A stretch of DNA of 62,370 nucleotides, the filler included, from Basidioascus undulatus (lineage: Eukaryota), in the NCBI GenBank assembly GCA_000826855.1. It is 8 parts of 8 records of this genome, joined end to end, with 100 filler letters (N's around TTAATTAATTAA, not from the genome) between each part and the next. Parts side by side here need not be neighbours in the genome. Positions count along the whole stretch, not along the records: positions 25,973 to 28,519 come from JTLS01002715.1; positions 28,620 to 31,163 come from JTLS01002716.1; positions 31,264 to 33,801 come from JTLS01002718.1; positions 33,902 to 36,439 come from JTLS01002719.1; positions 36,540 to 59,737 come from JTLS01000272.1; 3 more parts are not named here. One strand, 5' to 3'. A model generated the notes under the pieces. It was given only the letters and a program-made list of their open reading frames with translations. It was not told where the DNA came from and searched no databases. Within the stretch, counting starts at the first letter, position 1; each line of letters opens with the position of its first letter. Made by a program: the position numbers and the translations under genes. Shown one piece after another: positions 27,033 to 39,726 of this stretch.

Positions 27033-29026
27033 CCTAAAGCTGTCTGAGAAGGGAACACAGGGTCACCATATTACAACAGATCGCAACGTGAACAGCTTCT
27101 ATGAACTGTCGAGCCCGAGTTGCACCCGTCTCCCCCGCTAACTCACAAGCCCGCGATCGTTATTTTGGGACCGAAAAGAGATACTCACATACTAATCCCG
27201 AAGTTCTCGCAAAATGTATCCCCTTATCCTAAAGCGCGCCCTAAGGAGCGGAAATGCGAGTAGGCCTTGGAGTAGACCTTTGAGCGGGTCGAGTATGGTC
27301 GAGCGATCGAAAGAGCAGTTCCATCGTTCAAGAGGAGCAATACGACTTTATAAGCCAGTATATTCAGGTCGGGATTCATTGTATGGACGTGTTCGAGCGT
27401 ATGCGCGAGCATTCTGCAGCGGGACAGCAAGGGACAGCGGGAGAAGACGGCAGGTACAGACGGGAGGAAGGTCGCCGGCGTCGGTTCGTTGAGCACCTTA
27501 TTAAGCCCCTGCGGTTGTGTAGTGTCGCCAAAATTCGGTGCATCTCACTGTAACTCTCGTTTCAGAAGACTGCATTCAATGATTACAGAAAATAAAAATG
27601 GCAGGAATGAATATGTTAGGGCCCAAATCAACTGAAGAGCTGAGCAGCCTAGAGATGCAGCCTTCGAAGTTGACAATAGTGAATGAAATTGTGCCTGCCA
27701 GTCGCACACCGCTCCATTTTTGTCCATTGAACCACACCAGAAGCTTTCGTCCAGTAGCAGTGAACATTTCCCAGTCGCTGATTGAGTTTCAGTAAGCAGG
27801 CAAGCATCAGTTGAGAATGGTGCCGGTTGCGGACGCACATTTGCCGTGTTCCCCTGTTGTCAACTTACATCGAGTCATCTTCCCTTCTGAAGAAATAAAC
27901 GGTCCCAGAGACCTTTCACGTCGTATTTTGAAGGTAATTAAAGGTCCGTACGAGGTAGTAGGCAAACTGCATGGACAGACTGCAATACACAGCGAAAGAT
28001 CGGTTCTCTGCGAAACTCTCCCGCCTTCACACGATCGTCGTTCTCATGTCTGCAAATTTCTGAGATATTTCCACACCACATGTACAAATTCGGATTCATT
28101 CTACTACATGTGCATTCCTGAAGGCCTCCGCGTCGCTACGCGGTCAGGCGTACACGCTGCTCAGACAACGCTGTATGCTGCCGCGCGGCTGCAGACTATC
28201 AAGGCTTGCGGAGATCGGTACGGACTAGACGAGATAGTTACGTTGTGCAACTTGCTGGAGAAAGTAAGATATACACAAGAAAGGAAGTGAATGCCGAGCA
28301 TCGGCGGTATACGCTTTACGGAACTGCAACCGTTGAGTATAGTCTGTCGCGCCAGGCGCTAACTTCAAAGAAGCATGCATGGGCTTGCAGTTCGTTTATG
28401 TGGTACCCATAAATTTATTTTATCATTGTACCATCGAAAGCCGGAGTGACGTCTTCCGTTTCAGGACGCCCCGCACACCACTCCTTCCAAGTAGTTACAA
28501 ATGTCAATCACTGGGGGGGNNNNNNNNNNNNNNNNNNNNNNNNNNNNNNNNNNNNNNNNNNNNTTAATTAATTAANNNNNNNNNNNNNNNNNNNNNNNNN
28601 NNNNNNNNNNNNNNNNNNNGACGAGCCATGCTGATGCCTGTTGCAGGAACGAGCAGAGCGCGTCAACTCCGGGGCTTCCCCATTTCCAGCCAGCCCAACC
28701 TCAAGGATCGCTGGCTCGCTCTCATTATTTCACATCTACAACTATGCTCCCACGCTGAACTTTGGTATATTTCAAAAAAATATTCACATTGAGCTCTATT
28801 GCGTCCCTCGACACGCATCTTTGAATGCTCGCAGTCCCTCTTCTCCCGCGGTCACGTGCCCGCACGAGAGGGACCTTTAATGGGCCTGACGCCTCCTTGT
28901 CCTCGACCGTTTCACAGTCGAGATCCACAGTCAAGCCGAATCCGCTGCATCTGAGCAACTCACACGGCAGCGGAGAATCTACACCGTCTTACCATCTCAC
29001 TCCATACCGCGTCCCGAGCCCGTCCA

Positions 29027-31163
29027 ATGTCGACCACCACCAAGGTCCTCCCCGCGGCCACTGCTGCGCCCGCACCCTCGCCCATCCGCATCGCGACTGG
29101 CACGACAAACGGGACTGCCGAAGCAGCAGCACATCCGACCGACAGCGGCGGCTGTGCGCATCTGAGCGAGGCGCTCGCGAAGGACGACGGGAGCGAGGAC
29201 GGCATCAGGGGGCGCGTTAGGCTGGCTGTCCGCTGGGGCTTGCGGCTCAAGGAGGACGGCGAGCGGCCGAGGAAGAAGAGAAAGGTGAGTTTAGTCTGAA
29301 AGAACAAGAGCTGGGAGATATTTTCGTTGTTTGGATGCTTGGTCGGTGTGCTTGCGGGTTGCGAAGTCACGCAAGCGAGGCAGGAAGGCATCCTCCTCGC
29401 CTTGCAGCCTCGGCTCCGGCCCACATTTGCGCTTCGCCTGCAGAGTGTTCCTGACACCTTCGCCTCTCTCCCAGCTCCCGACACCCACATGCGCCTCCTG
29501 CTCCTCACCCACTTCCCGCCCGTTCCTCTGCGTCTCCTGTGGAAACGCCTACACGCAGCCGCATCTCCTACCCCACCTGCGCTCCTTTTCTCATCCTTTC
29601 GGTGCGTGAACCTTGCCTCCAAGAACACCAGGCTCGAGACCACTGTCTAACACTGTATCTCGTGCAATTTAGGTATTGACTGCGCATCCGGCCACGTCTT
29701 CTGCGGGCAGTGCGACGACTTCGTGTACGACCCTTCGTTAGAGCGAATCGGGCGCCTTGAGCGCCTGCGGTCAGAGGAAAGACAGACAAAGTGTCAGAGT
29801 GAGCAATCTTCCTTCCTCCACCATGCTCTCGAGTCTCTAATGCAGAGACCTGGATGCAACAGCGTCAGGTCGAGAACGGGCGAAGTACGTGCCCTGGAAG
29901 CCGAATGCTTCAGAAGAGGCCCTTCTGGCGCAGGCTACACCATTACGACCGCCTCGTGCGTCCCTCTGACCCTCTCATATGTCTTCCACAACGGCGACAT
30001 TAACCCTCTTCCACCGCTCCAGCTCCCCGAGGTCTCCGCAACCTTGGCAAAACGTGCTTCCTGAACGTGTGCGTCTCACCCCACCTCCCATGCCTGCCTT
30101 GGCATGGCTGGGCTTGACAAGCCCCCCTTACCTCCCAGCGTCCTCCAATGCCTCCTCGCCAATCCGCTCCTCCGCTCTTACTTCCTCTCGGACAAGCACA
30201 ACTCGAAGCTATGCGTTAAGTCCAAAGACGGCTGCATGTGCTGCGAGCTAGACAAGCTCTTCGTCGAGGTCTGCCTCTCCTCTCCCACCCTCCTCATCTT
30301 GGGCACCTGTCGAGCGCGTGACTGACTTGCTTGTATGGGTGCTGGATGCGCTGCGCAGATCCACCAGCCGGACTATACCCCCCTGGGCCCCACCGCGCTG
30401 CTTCATATGCTCTGGACATCGCCCGCGGCGTCTGACCTCGCGGGGTACGCGCAGCACGACGCGCACGAAGCGTTCATCTCGCGTCTGTCTCCACCCCCCC
30501 CCCAATCTCCCCCTCTCTCTCCGCTCAACTGACCTTCTCCGCTCAACTGACCTCCCCGTCCGCAGTGCTGAACCTCCTGCACTCCTCCTCGCGCGGCTCG
30601 ACCGCCGTAAGCTGCATGTGCGTCGTGCACTCGACCTTCGCCGGGCAGCTGCAGTCCGAGGTGCGCTGCACTCGATGCGCGCAGCCGAGCGTCGCGGTCG
30701 ACCCCATCCTCGATGTGAGCTTGGACGTCGGCGCGCGCCGCGGAAAGGCCGCGAAGGGCAAGAAGGTCGGCCCGGTACTGGAGGAGGCCGCGAAGACGCT
30801 GGAGGAGTGCTTGAGTCGGTAAGGGACTCACGTCCACAAGGGCCTGAGGCTTTGGGGCTGAGGACGCGTGCGGGGTACGCGACAGGTATACAGCACCGGA
30901 GCAGCTGGAGGTTACGTGCAGTCAGTGCGCGTCGCTACAGGTGCGTTACCCTTGCTACCGACACTCCAGAGCGCCTAATGTGGGATTTATCGGTCCTTCA
31001 TCCACGCCAGACCGCGTCCAAGACGCTGTCCTTCCGGCGGCTTCCACCCGTGCTGACGTTCCAGCTCAAGGTTTGCTCCCGTCCCCTTCCCCATCTCCCC
31101 TCCCATGCCCTCAGCTCAACCCACCCCGCACACAGCGGTACGAGCACCTCTCCTCCGCGCAAA
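29027..31163 (+). CDS. UBP8: SAGA deubiquitinase Ubp8/USP22 type (ZnF-UBP + USP), 3' part missing
   Basis: CAHL N-terminus, CASC..CVSC, FCGQCDDFVYD, Cys box PRGLRNLGKTCFLN, NPLLRSYFLSDKH, LAGYAQHDAHE, CMCVVHSTFAGQLQSEVRC, RLPPVLTFQLK. Confidence 0.9.
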
Positions 31164-31263
31164 NNNNNNNNNNNNNNNNNNNNNNNNNNNNNNNNNNNNN
31201 NNNNNNNTTAATTAATTAANNNNNNNNNNNNNNNNNNNNNNNNNNNNNNNNNNNNNNNNNNNN

Positions 31264-33801
31264 TCGATATGCACACTTCTTCTCTTCATTCAATTCTTTC
31301 TTGTTTGACACTTAACACACTTAGCCTTGACTCCGCCCTTTACCCTCCGTCCATCGCTGTTCATTCAAGTTCAGGTTGCATGTGACTTCCATCATCGTTC
31401 TCTTTGACAGCTTCTCCGCACAAAACACCCCACACTGTTGTTCTTTGAGCCATGATAAAAGGGCCACTTCATTGTCTATTTTTCTTCTTGACGATGATCA
31501 TACGCTTGCTCATGGCTCAGCGGTTGAGTGCTGTTCAATTTCGATAGGAACTCGATGTGGTGTCATCGATCTCGAGTTTGATGAGACACTCGTCCTTCTT
31601 CTCCTCGATGAATGTGACGTCTCGTGTCGAGATGACCTTGTGTGTCGAGGGGATGAAAATCTTGTAGGCCTTCTGTGTGTCGGAGTAGCCAATGAAAGTT
31701 CCCTTGATCGCCTTCGGATTGAACTTCGTGCACTCGTGCTTTGGGCGATGAACAAGTGCCACACAGCCGAATGTGCGGAGATGAGCAATGGATGGCCTCG
31801 TGCCAGTCCAGACCTTCTCTGGTGTCTTGTCGGGAATGCCGCATGTCGGGGATCGGTTCCGTAGGTATGCTGCGGTCTTGACAGGTTCGCCCCAGAACTC
31901 GTCGAGCGGTTTCGACAAGGGTCCGATTCATGCGCTCAGCGACAGTGTTCTGTTCCGGGGTGTGAGGTACAGTTGACTCATGTCGAATGCCATGGCCCTT
32001 GACGAAATCATTGAACTCCTTCGAGAAATATTCTCCTCCATTGTCAGTTCAGATTGTCTTGATGCGATGTCCTATTTCGTTCTTGATGAGTGCCTTCCAG
32101 GTCTTGAAACGATCGAGGACTTTGTGCTTGCCTTCCATCAGGAAGACTGCAACCCTGCAGCTCTTGTCATCAATAAACGTGACAAAGTATCTTGATCCCG
32201 TGAGTGTCGGCATCTTCATTGGTCCAGAGACATCCGAGTGAACGAGGTCGAGTAGTCCTGTGGAGCGGATGTTGCTGAGTGTTGGGAAACTGAGGCGATG
32301 TGCCTTTCCAAGGATACAGCCTTCGCATGTGCCAAGATCGCCCTCCTGTATGTCCAAGTTCCGTACAAGGGGCTGTAGCGCGCTCATGCTACGTTGTCCG
32401 AGATGTCCGAGGTGTCTGTGCCAGAGTTCGATCTTTGGGTCTGCGGGTTTGGCAAGTTCTGTGACATCTGGTGGGTTTGGAGTAGAGCGAGTGTCGAAGG
32501 TGTTGCTGAGGAGTGTGTAGAGATTGTCTTTGCGCTTTGCACCGGTGATGACCTTGCCGCCTAGCTCGCGGATAACACATCTGTCTTGATGGAAATCGAT
32601 GCGGTATCCATTCGAGGTGATTTTGCTGATCGAGATGAGGCCAGTGGAGAGCTTTGGTACGTGGAGGACGTCCTGGAAGATGCCGATAGACGAGTGGCCC
32701 TGGACAAAAAGGTTGATTTTGACTGTGCCGACTCCCACTGCTTCGATAGTCGAGTTGTCGCCTAGCGTGATAGAGCGAGGAGGTATCAATTTGTATGTTG
32801 GGAATGAGTGTTTGTGTGGGGTAAGGTGGCTTGTTGCTCCGGAGTCAAGGAGCCAGTTGCTATTCGAGTGTTGTGTTGCAGAACTTGTGGTGAAAAGATG
32901 ATCTGTTGCCGTGTTCGCCTTTGTCGGTCCTTGGTAGCGTCCACCTCCCTTCGATCAGCAGAGGGCCTTTGTGTGGCCCCTCTTGCCACAGTTGTAACAT
33001 GTCAGACCCCAGTTGGGTCGACCACGAAAGGCTCGGTTCGAGTCACTTGCCGTGAAGGCTGTGTTGCTCGACCTGCCAATGTCTGCACCCGTCGAGCGCC
33101 TCATCTCCTCTTGTAGGAGATGTTCTGTGACGAGTCAACCGATATGTCGTCTGTCCATGCCTCGAGCGCGAGTACAATGGGGTGCCAGCTCTCCGGAAGG
33201 GAGCTCAGGATGAGGACTGCGAGTTGGTCGTCCGGAACTGGCGACCTGATCAACTTGAGCTTGTCAGAAATGTTCTTGACATCCCATAGGTACTACCTAC
33301 TCGGCAATTGATTGACCTTCTTGGTAACTCGTCATGCGTAGCTTCTTGTGTAGGAATATGCGATTGACGACTGCCTTGGACTCGTAGACCTTGTGTAGCT
33401 TGATCCAGCCATGCGAGCATGAGGTCCGAGATGTGGTAGTACTCCGTTGGCTTGATCATCAAGCTGATTTGAGTGAGCACCTTGTCGTTGCGCTTTCTCC
33501 ATTCCCTCAGTTCCGGTGACAGGGGAATATTTTGCTCCTGGCCTGTCGCAGGAGTGCCGGGAGTGCTGGGTTCCGGGTCGGTGCTGTTGACTATGTCGCA
33601 GAGGTTGCGCTCTGTCAGGACCAGCCTCATGGCATACTTCCATGTGTGGAAGTTAGCGCCGTCGAGCTTCTCGATGTTGTATGTCGAGGTCGAAGTCATT
33701 GTCGATGTGGGCTCATAACCTATTGAAGATTATAGTGGGATATGTCGGTTCCTCGCTTCGCCGTCGATGCAAGCTGAGTGAACCGTGCAGGGGAGTGACC
33801 T
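31264..33801 (-). mobile_element. Decayed Ty1/copia LTR retrotransposon (5' LTR end, PBS, gag, protease, integrase; RT not in this contig)
   Basis: gag IEKLDGANFHTWK, zinc knuckle CYNCGKRGHTKALC, protease WLLDSGATSH, LWHRHLGH..CEGC, rve LDLVHSDVSGP..YFVTFIDD..TDNGGEY..AERMNRTL, HLRTFGC. Protease-integrase order is copia-type. Contains internal stops and frameshifts. Confidence 0.96.
33709..33720 (-). promoter_or_regulatory. Primer-binding site GGTTATGAGCCC (half-tRNA-iMet type)
   Basis: Lies directly after the putative LTR end (..CAATA) and 9 nt before the gag ATG at 33699. Confidence 0.8.
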
Positions 33802-36539
33802 NNNNNNNNNNNNNNNNNNNNNNNNNNNNNNNNNNNNNNNNNNNNTTAATTAATTAANNNNNNNNNNNNNNNNNNNNNNNNNNNNNNNNNNNNNNNNNNN
33901 NTTTTGGTTGGATGACGGGGGTGATCAAGGTATACTCTACATTTAGGTGATTGAAGAAAGCGGTGGTAATTACTTGAACTACCTATTGGATGACGGGCAA
34001 CACGGAAAGTTCTCAGTATATGCGGGTCGACGATCAAACGCTGTGGTGGATGACCACTCGAAGGCAAGCGCATAGCGGCTCAGCGTTTCTAAAGAACGAC
34101 ACAAAGGCGATCAACTATCTGTGTCCGCCTCGCAAGCCAGTCCATTTCCGAACGGATAGTTTAATTTCCAATGGAAAAATCAGGCTCTGGGGCGACCGAA
34201 ATGGAAGACAGCGAGACATTCACGCTGCACAGTTTCCGACGAGGCTTGGACGCACACCACCATCTCTCCCCGAGCCCTAGCATGGACCTCCTCCCTCGTA
34301 TACCCCACGACCAAAAGCAGACTCTCGCGATGTGGTATGACGGGGGAAAGTGCAATTTTTACCAGGGAGGAGCTGCCCGTCACGCACGCCTTCATTCTCG
34401 GCCTCCGGAAACCCATGTCCTCTATGACTCTCACTGTCCTCTCTCCCTGTCTGATGTCCCTGCTTGTGAAATAAAACGATCTGAAGGACCTCTTCTTGCA
34501 GTTGGACAGATTCAAGAAGTACAACCTCGTCTCGCCCGACACCACTGCCCTGGACGCGCTCGACTCGGTACCGGGTGCGTCCTTCGCAGCTTCTTAGCTC
34601 TGTATCTCATCTTCCAGCTGAATACCATTGGCAATTTCAGTCGTAACTCATCTCTGCAACTCGTTCAACGCCGACATTTGGACGATCTTCCCGGCCGAGC
34701 GTGGACTCGTCCGCCGCATCAAGGAGGAGGTGATGCTGGCGGAGCAGGAGATCGCTGGGCTGGAGGGGAAGCAACAGGAGCGGGCGTTCAGACCTTCCCC
34801 TGAGGTACGCTACTTTCCCCGAATACGTACGACTTCCATAGAGGTGAAGGGTCTGATCAGGTGGGATGGCGTAGCTCGAGCCTTTCCACATCTTCTTCAG
34901 CGAGTACACGAGCGCGGCCTTCTTCCGCGCCGGGTCGTCGGCCGGTGACCCCCCCAAGGCCTACATAATTTGAGAGGGCCTGGTCGACCCCCCTCTGCTG
35001 AGCCTGCTTCTCGGCACATTCGTCGTGATGACCGTAGTGCTCCGCACTCCGCAGCTCCTGACGATCGGGAACTATCCAGCGCAGCGACGCGCTCACGACC
35101 TCGGCACCTACCTCAGGGACCTCTACGCGCAGACCCGCTCACCTGGCGCAGTACGACTAGCTTCATGCGGCCGAGACTATTGGACTTTCCGGTCTCTGAG
35201 CCTCCCCCCGCGGTGCGCTCCTTCCGCTCTCTCACCCGTGCCATCCATCTCTGCTCCTCCACAGCTCCCCCCGCCCTGCGCTCTGGCTGGATAACATCGA
35301 CGTCTGGAGGTAGATTTTGGACGCTTGTGGAATGGATTGAGCATCGTCCGCTTCGGATTGAACATCTTCGGCTCGGGCCTGAGCTGCTGCAGCCGAAGGC
35401 AGGTGTCGGCGGGGAGTCTCCGTGTGGGGATAATTAGTGCGGGATCAGCATATAGAATAGACAAGTGGAGAGTTGAAGACGGTGGGCTGTGTTCGAGATG
35501 GACCGGGTGATCGATTTGTTCCATGTGGTGGCGGTTCCGGTTGCGTGCCGACCGATCATGAAATCTAGTTATTTAAACGTGCCAATTTGTTCTCCCTGGG
35601 CGGGTTAAGCGGACTCATCATTCGAAAACGTCGTAAACGTGCTAGTAGAAGCATTCGCTGCCTCTCATTGCGTCCTTTACAAGGCTGTGCGCAGGAATTG
35701 CCTGGCTCATGGACTACGGGACCCTGCACACCACCGTCACCCTTTGTGAAGCTGAAAGCATACTCGATCTACCAGCCTTCAGGGGAAGGCTTATCCCGAT
35801 GCACGAACGAGATGACTCTGAAATCCGGAGGCATGATGGTCGTGGTCTCGAGAGGGATGTTGAGCTGTGAAGGCAGGTCCTCACAGTTTTCTCCCCATCG
35901 TTTCACACTGTGTGCTCTACGAAACACGGATTTTGAGATTCCCGCATGTAGGCCGCAGGTGCCGCACTCCGACATGCAGCAAGCGCTGGTGCTGGTCTTT
36001 TATAAAAGGTGTGGTATGGGAGAAAGAGCGTGTTGCGGGTGCCTGCGCTGTGAAAGGTGCAGAGGTGACAAACATGATCGACCCACCCGTCCTCGAGGAA
36101 CACACGGGCCAAGCCAAATCTTGACGAGCTCAGAAATGATGGAAGAAGCCGGTGCGTTCAACATGGTCACTGCTTCGTTTGTGTAAGTCTGGGGCATTAA
36201 AGTCGTGCCTGAATATACCACTCATTCCCGAGTCCTACGGACGTTAACAGTTGCAATGAATGTGCAGTGCCGATGCCGTTTGTCGGTGGTGGCCTTTCTC
36301 GCTTCTCGGCGCTGGGCACAGACGGGTTTCCTCATTCAGTCAGAATTACAGTCCTATTCAACCCTTGCTCTTTTCACCGGGAGGGGAAGGGGCCCGTCTG
36401 TTTCGTTCTTAATTTAATGGAAGTTTAATGAGAGGGGGANNNNNNNNNNNNNNNNNNNNNNNNNNNNNNNNNNNNNNNNNNNNTTAATTAATTAANNNNN
36501 NNNNNNNNNNNNNNNNNNNNNNNNNNNNNNNNNNNNNNN

Positions 36540-38105
36540 CTCCCTGTCTCCTCCTCCACCCTCGTCCTCCCCGGCTACTACCCCTCCAGCACCCTCTCCT
36601 CCCTCGATCTCTCTTCCCTCTCCTCCTCCAGCTCCCTCGCGCCATCGCCCTTCCCAGCGCCGTTCGCCTCCGTCCACGCCTTCAGCCCCTCAAGGACCTC
36701 CCGCTCCGTACTCCACCCCGCCACACACTTCACCGTCCCCGCCTCCCCGCCCTCAAAGGGCCTCATCCCAAACCGACCCGCCACACGCGCGAGGTCCGTC
36801 CCGAGCCCACGCGCAACTTCCGCCGCCTTCCGACCCGCTGCCCGCAGACCGGCAGGAGCGGGGTGCCATGCTGGAGGCCCGCGCGGGGTGAGAAGGCCCA
36901 TCGAGTACGGGGAGGCGAGGAGGAGGTGGGTGGGTGGAATTTTTGCGCGCTTGGTGAAGTGCGGGGCGTAGAGAGAGAAGTTGGTGGTGGACGAGGTCGG
37001 AGGCTGGGGAGAGGGGGTGGAGTGCAGGGTGTGCGTGCAGTAGGAGAGGAGGTAGTCCAGGGGTTGTCGCAGCGTGTGGAGGATGAGGATCGAGAGGCGG
37101 AGGAGTGTCGGCAGGGGGAGGCCTAGGTGTTCCAAGCGCCCGCATCAGTGTCTTATGTACCTTCTCCCGGCAAATGGCGGAGACGCACCGCTGATCCCGA
37201 CCGCGTGCACAAGCCCCTCCTTCTTCAGTTCAAAAAGCGTTCTGACAGCCTCAAGGACCTTCTCGTCGCCCTCTCCCCAAATCTTTCCCGCCTGCCCTTC
37301 GCCCTCCGCTAGGCCATACCCCGCCGCGCGGGAGGGGTCCAAGAGCGGGATGGACGGCTGCCCGGGCGCGTTGGACGGTCCGACGGGAGAGGCGACAAAC
37401 TCGATGTCGTGGAGGTCTGTCGGGCGGGCGAAGGTTGGAAAAGTTGAAGATTGAGGGCGAAGGGAAGTAGAGAGGGTTGGACGCACAGACGATATCCAGG
37501 TACGATGTGCGAAGACGCTTGAGCGAGCGTGCCACGGACTCGCGGATTCGCGAGGGGCTGTAGTCCCACTCCATTCCGTACCGCCCCACCTTGGTGCTCT
37601 ATTCACGTTCGACGTGAATAAGAGCACATCGACTCGGAAGAGGGGAAGAACCACGCACGAGCTTGTAGGACTCGCGGGGGAACTCGGGAGTGAGAGCCTC
37701 AAAGATAGGTCCCAGCACAATTTCAGATGGGTGATAATGCGGGGCTATGTCGAATGAATATTTCAGCATTAGTTCCGGACAAGGCGGAAGGAAGACGGCG
37801 AACCGGTGTCAATCGCATTGACGCCCGCCCTGAACGCAGCGCGCACCGCCCGTAGGGGAACGTCGCTGTTGAGCTACCCGCTCCACCACGTTCAGCGTTC
37901 CACATACTCTTTATTAAACCTACGAAGCTCGACTCACCGTGCTCGTGGAATTGTAGCTATTCCCCAGCGCCCCAGCGCCGAACACGAGCGGGGTGAGCTC
38001 GTCGCCCTCCATCTCTGGAAAGACGCGCTCGATCGGAATGTCATCGACGCCTGGAGGCGGGAGCGACACAGGGTCGAGGACGGGGGAGGGCAGTTCCCAG
38101 GGCAT
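36540..38105 (-). CDS. ARA2: Aldo-keto reductase, D-arabinose 1-dehydrogenase (Ara2-like), 3' end cut
   Basis: PLVFGAGALG, GVNAIDT, GRYG..DYSPSRIRESVARSLKRLRTSYLDIV.LHDIEFV, LKKEGLVHAVGISG.PLPTLLRL, ASPYSMGLLTP..PPAWHPAP. Confidence 0.85.
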
Positions 38106-38370
38106 TCTGAGAAAAATGGAGATGAGAGAGGAGGACAAGATGTGGAGAGTGGAGAGAAGAACGCAAGACAGCTGGCTTTCCGGGCCGGGCGCCCCTTCAC
38201 CCACACGTGCCCCTCCCTGCAGTTTCAGCGCCAAATTCCTCACCACGCAGTCAGACAACTTGCTCTTGTAATTTCTCAGAATGCTGGAAGATATTGCTGT
38301 GATTTCTGAAACGAAGATTTGCGGTACTTGTGAGTCTGATGTACCACGTCCGCACAGAGAGGCCCAGGCT

Positions 38371-39117
38371 TAAGGGTCTCACCATTTAGTTTCCGTTTGC
38401 ACGCATGCACAAAAAGAAACTGAAAAAGTTGAAAACATTTGTATGGTACTAGATGTAGACGAGTTCATTCTCACCGTACGATTGACCCCCCACTTTCTCT
38501 TCGTTCCAATGATGGTTCTAGGCAGAATTCAGCTGCATATAGTGTAAGAACCACTGAAATTACAAATTCGAAAATTTGCAAATTTGGGCAAGCACCACCA
38601 GCAAAGTGAAGTTGCCAACCTGTCGCCACAGTGTAGAATTCCTGCACCCGGGACTTGTTATAGCCATCTGGATGGATGCTTGAGGATTGTTCAGAGGGAT
38701 AGTACGGATAGTACCCAATTATATACATGAAATTCCAACAAACATCCTCAGTCCTTTAAGGATGGTGCATACTGAGGATGTGCACTGGCCCCTTGCTTAG
38801 CCATCTGGATTGAGCCTGCAGTTCCGAACAGCTCTTCTTTGCTGTTGTGCCATGTGGTATGCACAAAGTCTGAAAATCTTCCGACATTAGCCTCTGAGAC
38901 CAAATACACCATCACAGCTTCACTTGTGGATGTTCCCAGGAAATCTGGCACGGCCTAGCTCCCCACAACGAGGCATCTACCGCCCAATCAGGTGCAACCG
39001 TTTGCAAAACGGTCTAGGGTGTTTCCATTTTCGTTTTTCCATGATGGCAAAAAGAAAGATTGTTGAAACTGTTTGTACAGCTTAAACAGTTTGCAAACAG
39101 AAAGGGTGAGACCCTTA
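38371..39117. mobile_element. Non-autonomous TIR DNA transposon, hAT-type, 747 bp
   Basis: TIR TAAGGGTCTCACC...GGTGAGACCCTTA (13 bp perfect, extending imperfectly to GTTTGCA/TGCAAAC). Exact 8-bp TSD CCCAGGCT at 38363-38370 and 39118-39125. Interior is more AT-rich than the flanks. Confidence 0.88.
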
Positions 39118-39654
39118 CCCAGGCTGCACAGCAGCTGCCGCACGACTATGCGGTCTTGGCTCAAGCAAGAAACTCAGTGATTTGTTCATGAAAGAGTATA
39201 AATGAGGCATTGCAATAATTTTGTCTACACCAACATCCTGATATGGTACCGGGTCTGACGACAGCAAGATGAAGGCCTACTTCAAACAGAGTTTTCGCTT
39301 TTCAAGAGTGACACTTCTCCGTGTTCCGCCACCCCACTCACGCTCCCGGCCCTTCAGCTCTATAATGTTACTCTAAAGTGTTCGGAAATGAACTCCAGCT
39401 CACCTCAGCTCACATCCTTTGTGCGGATGCCGCGTTACAGGTTCGGCTACTCGCCGAGCACGGCTTTCATGACCGCCTCGCTTGCTCAAGCCAGGCTCCT
39501 GTAGAGCTGTATCAGAGCAGTACTTCGATGAGATGCATCAACACACTCCGGTGCCATTCCCGCTTCCGGTCTCAACCGCCTCACTCGCGGCGTCGCTGCA
39601 TCGCTGTCAACGGCGCTATTTTGAATCACATTAGCCGTTTAGAAGAATGACAAT

Positions 39655-39726
39655 GGTTGGATAGTATAACGGTTAGTACATTGGATTCTGATTCCAAGGA
39701 TCTGGGTTCGATTCCCAGTCCGACCT
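39655..39726 (+). tRNA. tRNA-Gln (anticodon CTG), intronless
   Basis: Cloverleaf: acceptor GGTTGGA/TCCGACC, anticodon arm TTGGA-TTCTGAT-TCCAA, T arm CTGGG-TTCGATT-CCCAG. A T-run Pol III terminator follows. Confidence 0.96.

Noticed and set aside
27100..28519. ORF 27811-28290 with a GPYEV motif as a retroelement integrase tail
   Set aside because: It is a single short motif with no other retroelement signatures.
34970..36439. Cys-rich ORF 35587-36186 and LRR-like pieces
   Set aside because: Competing frames on both strands and no identifiable domain.
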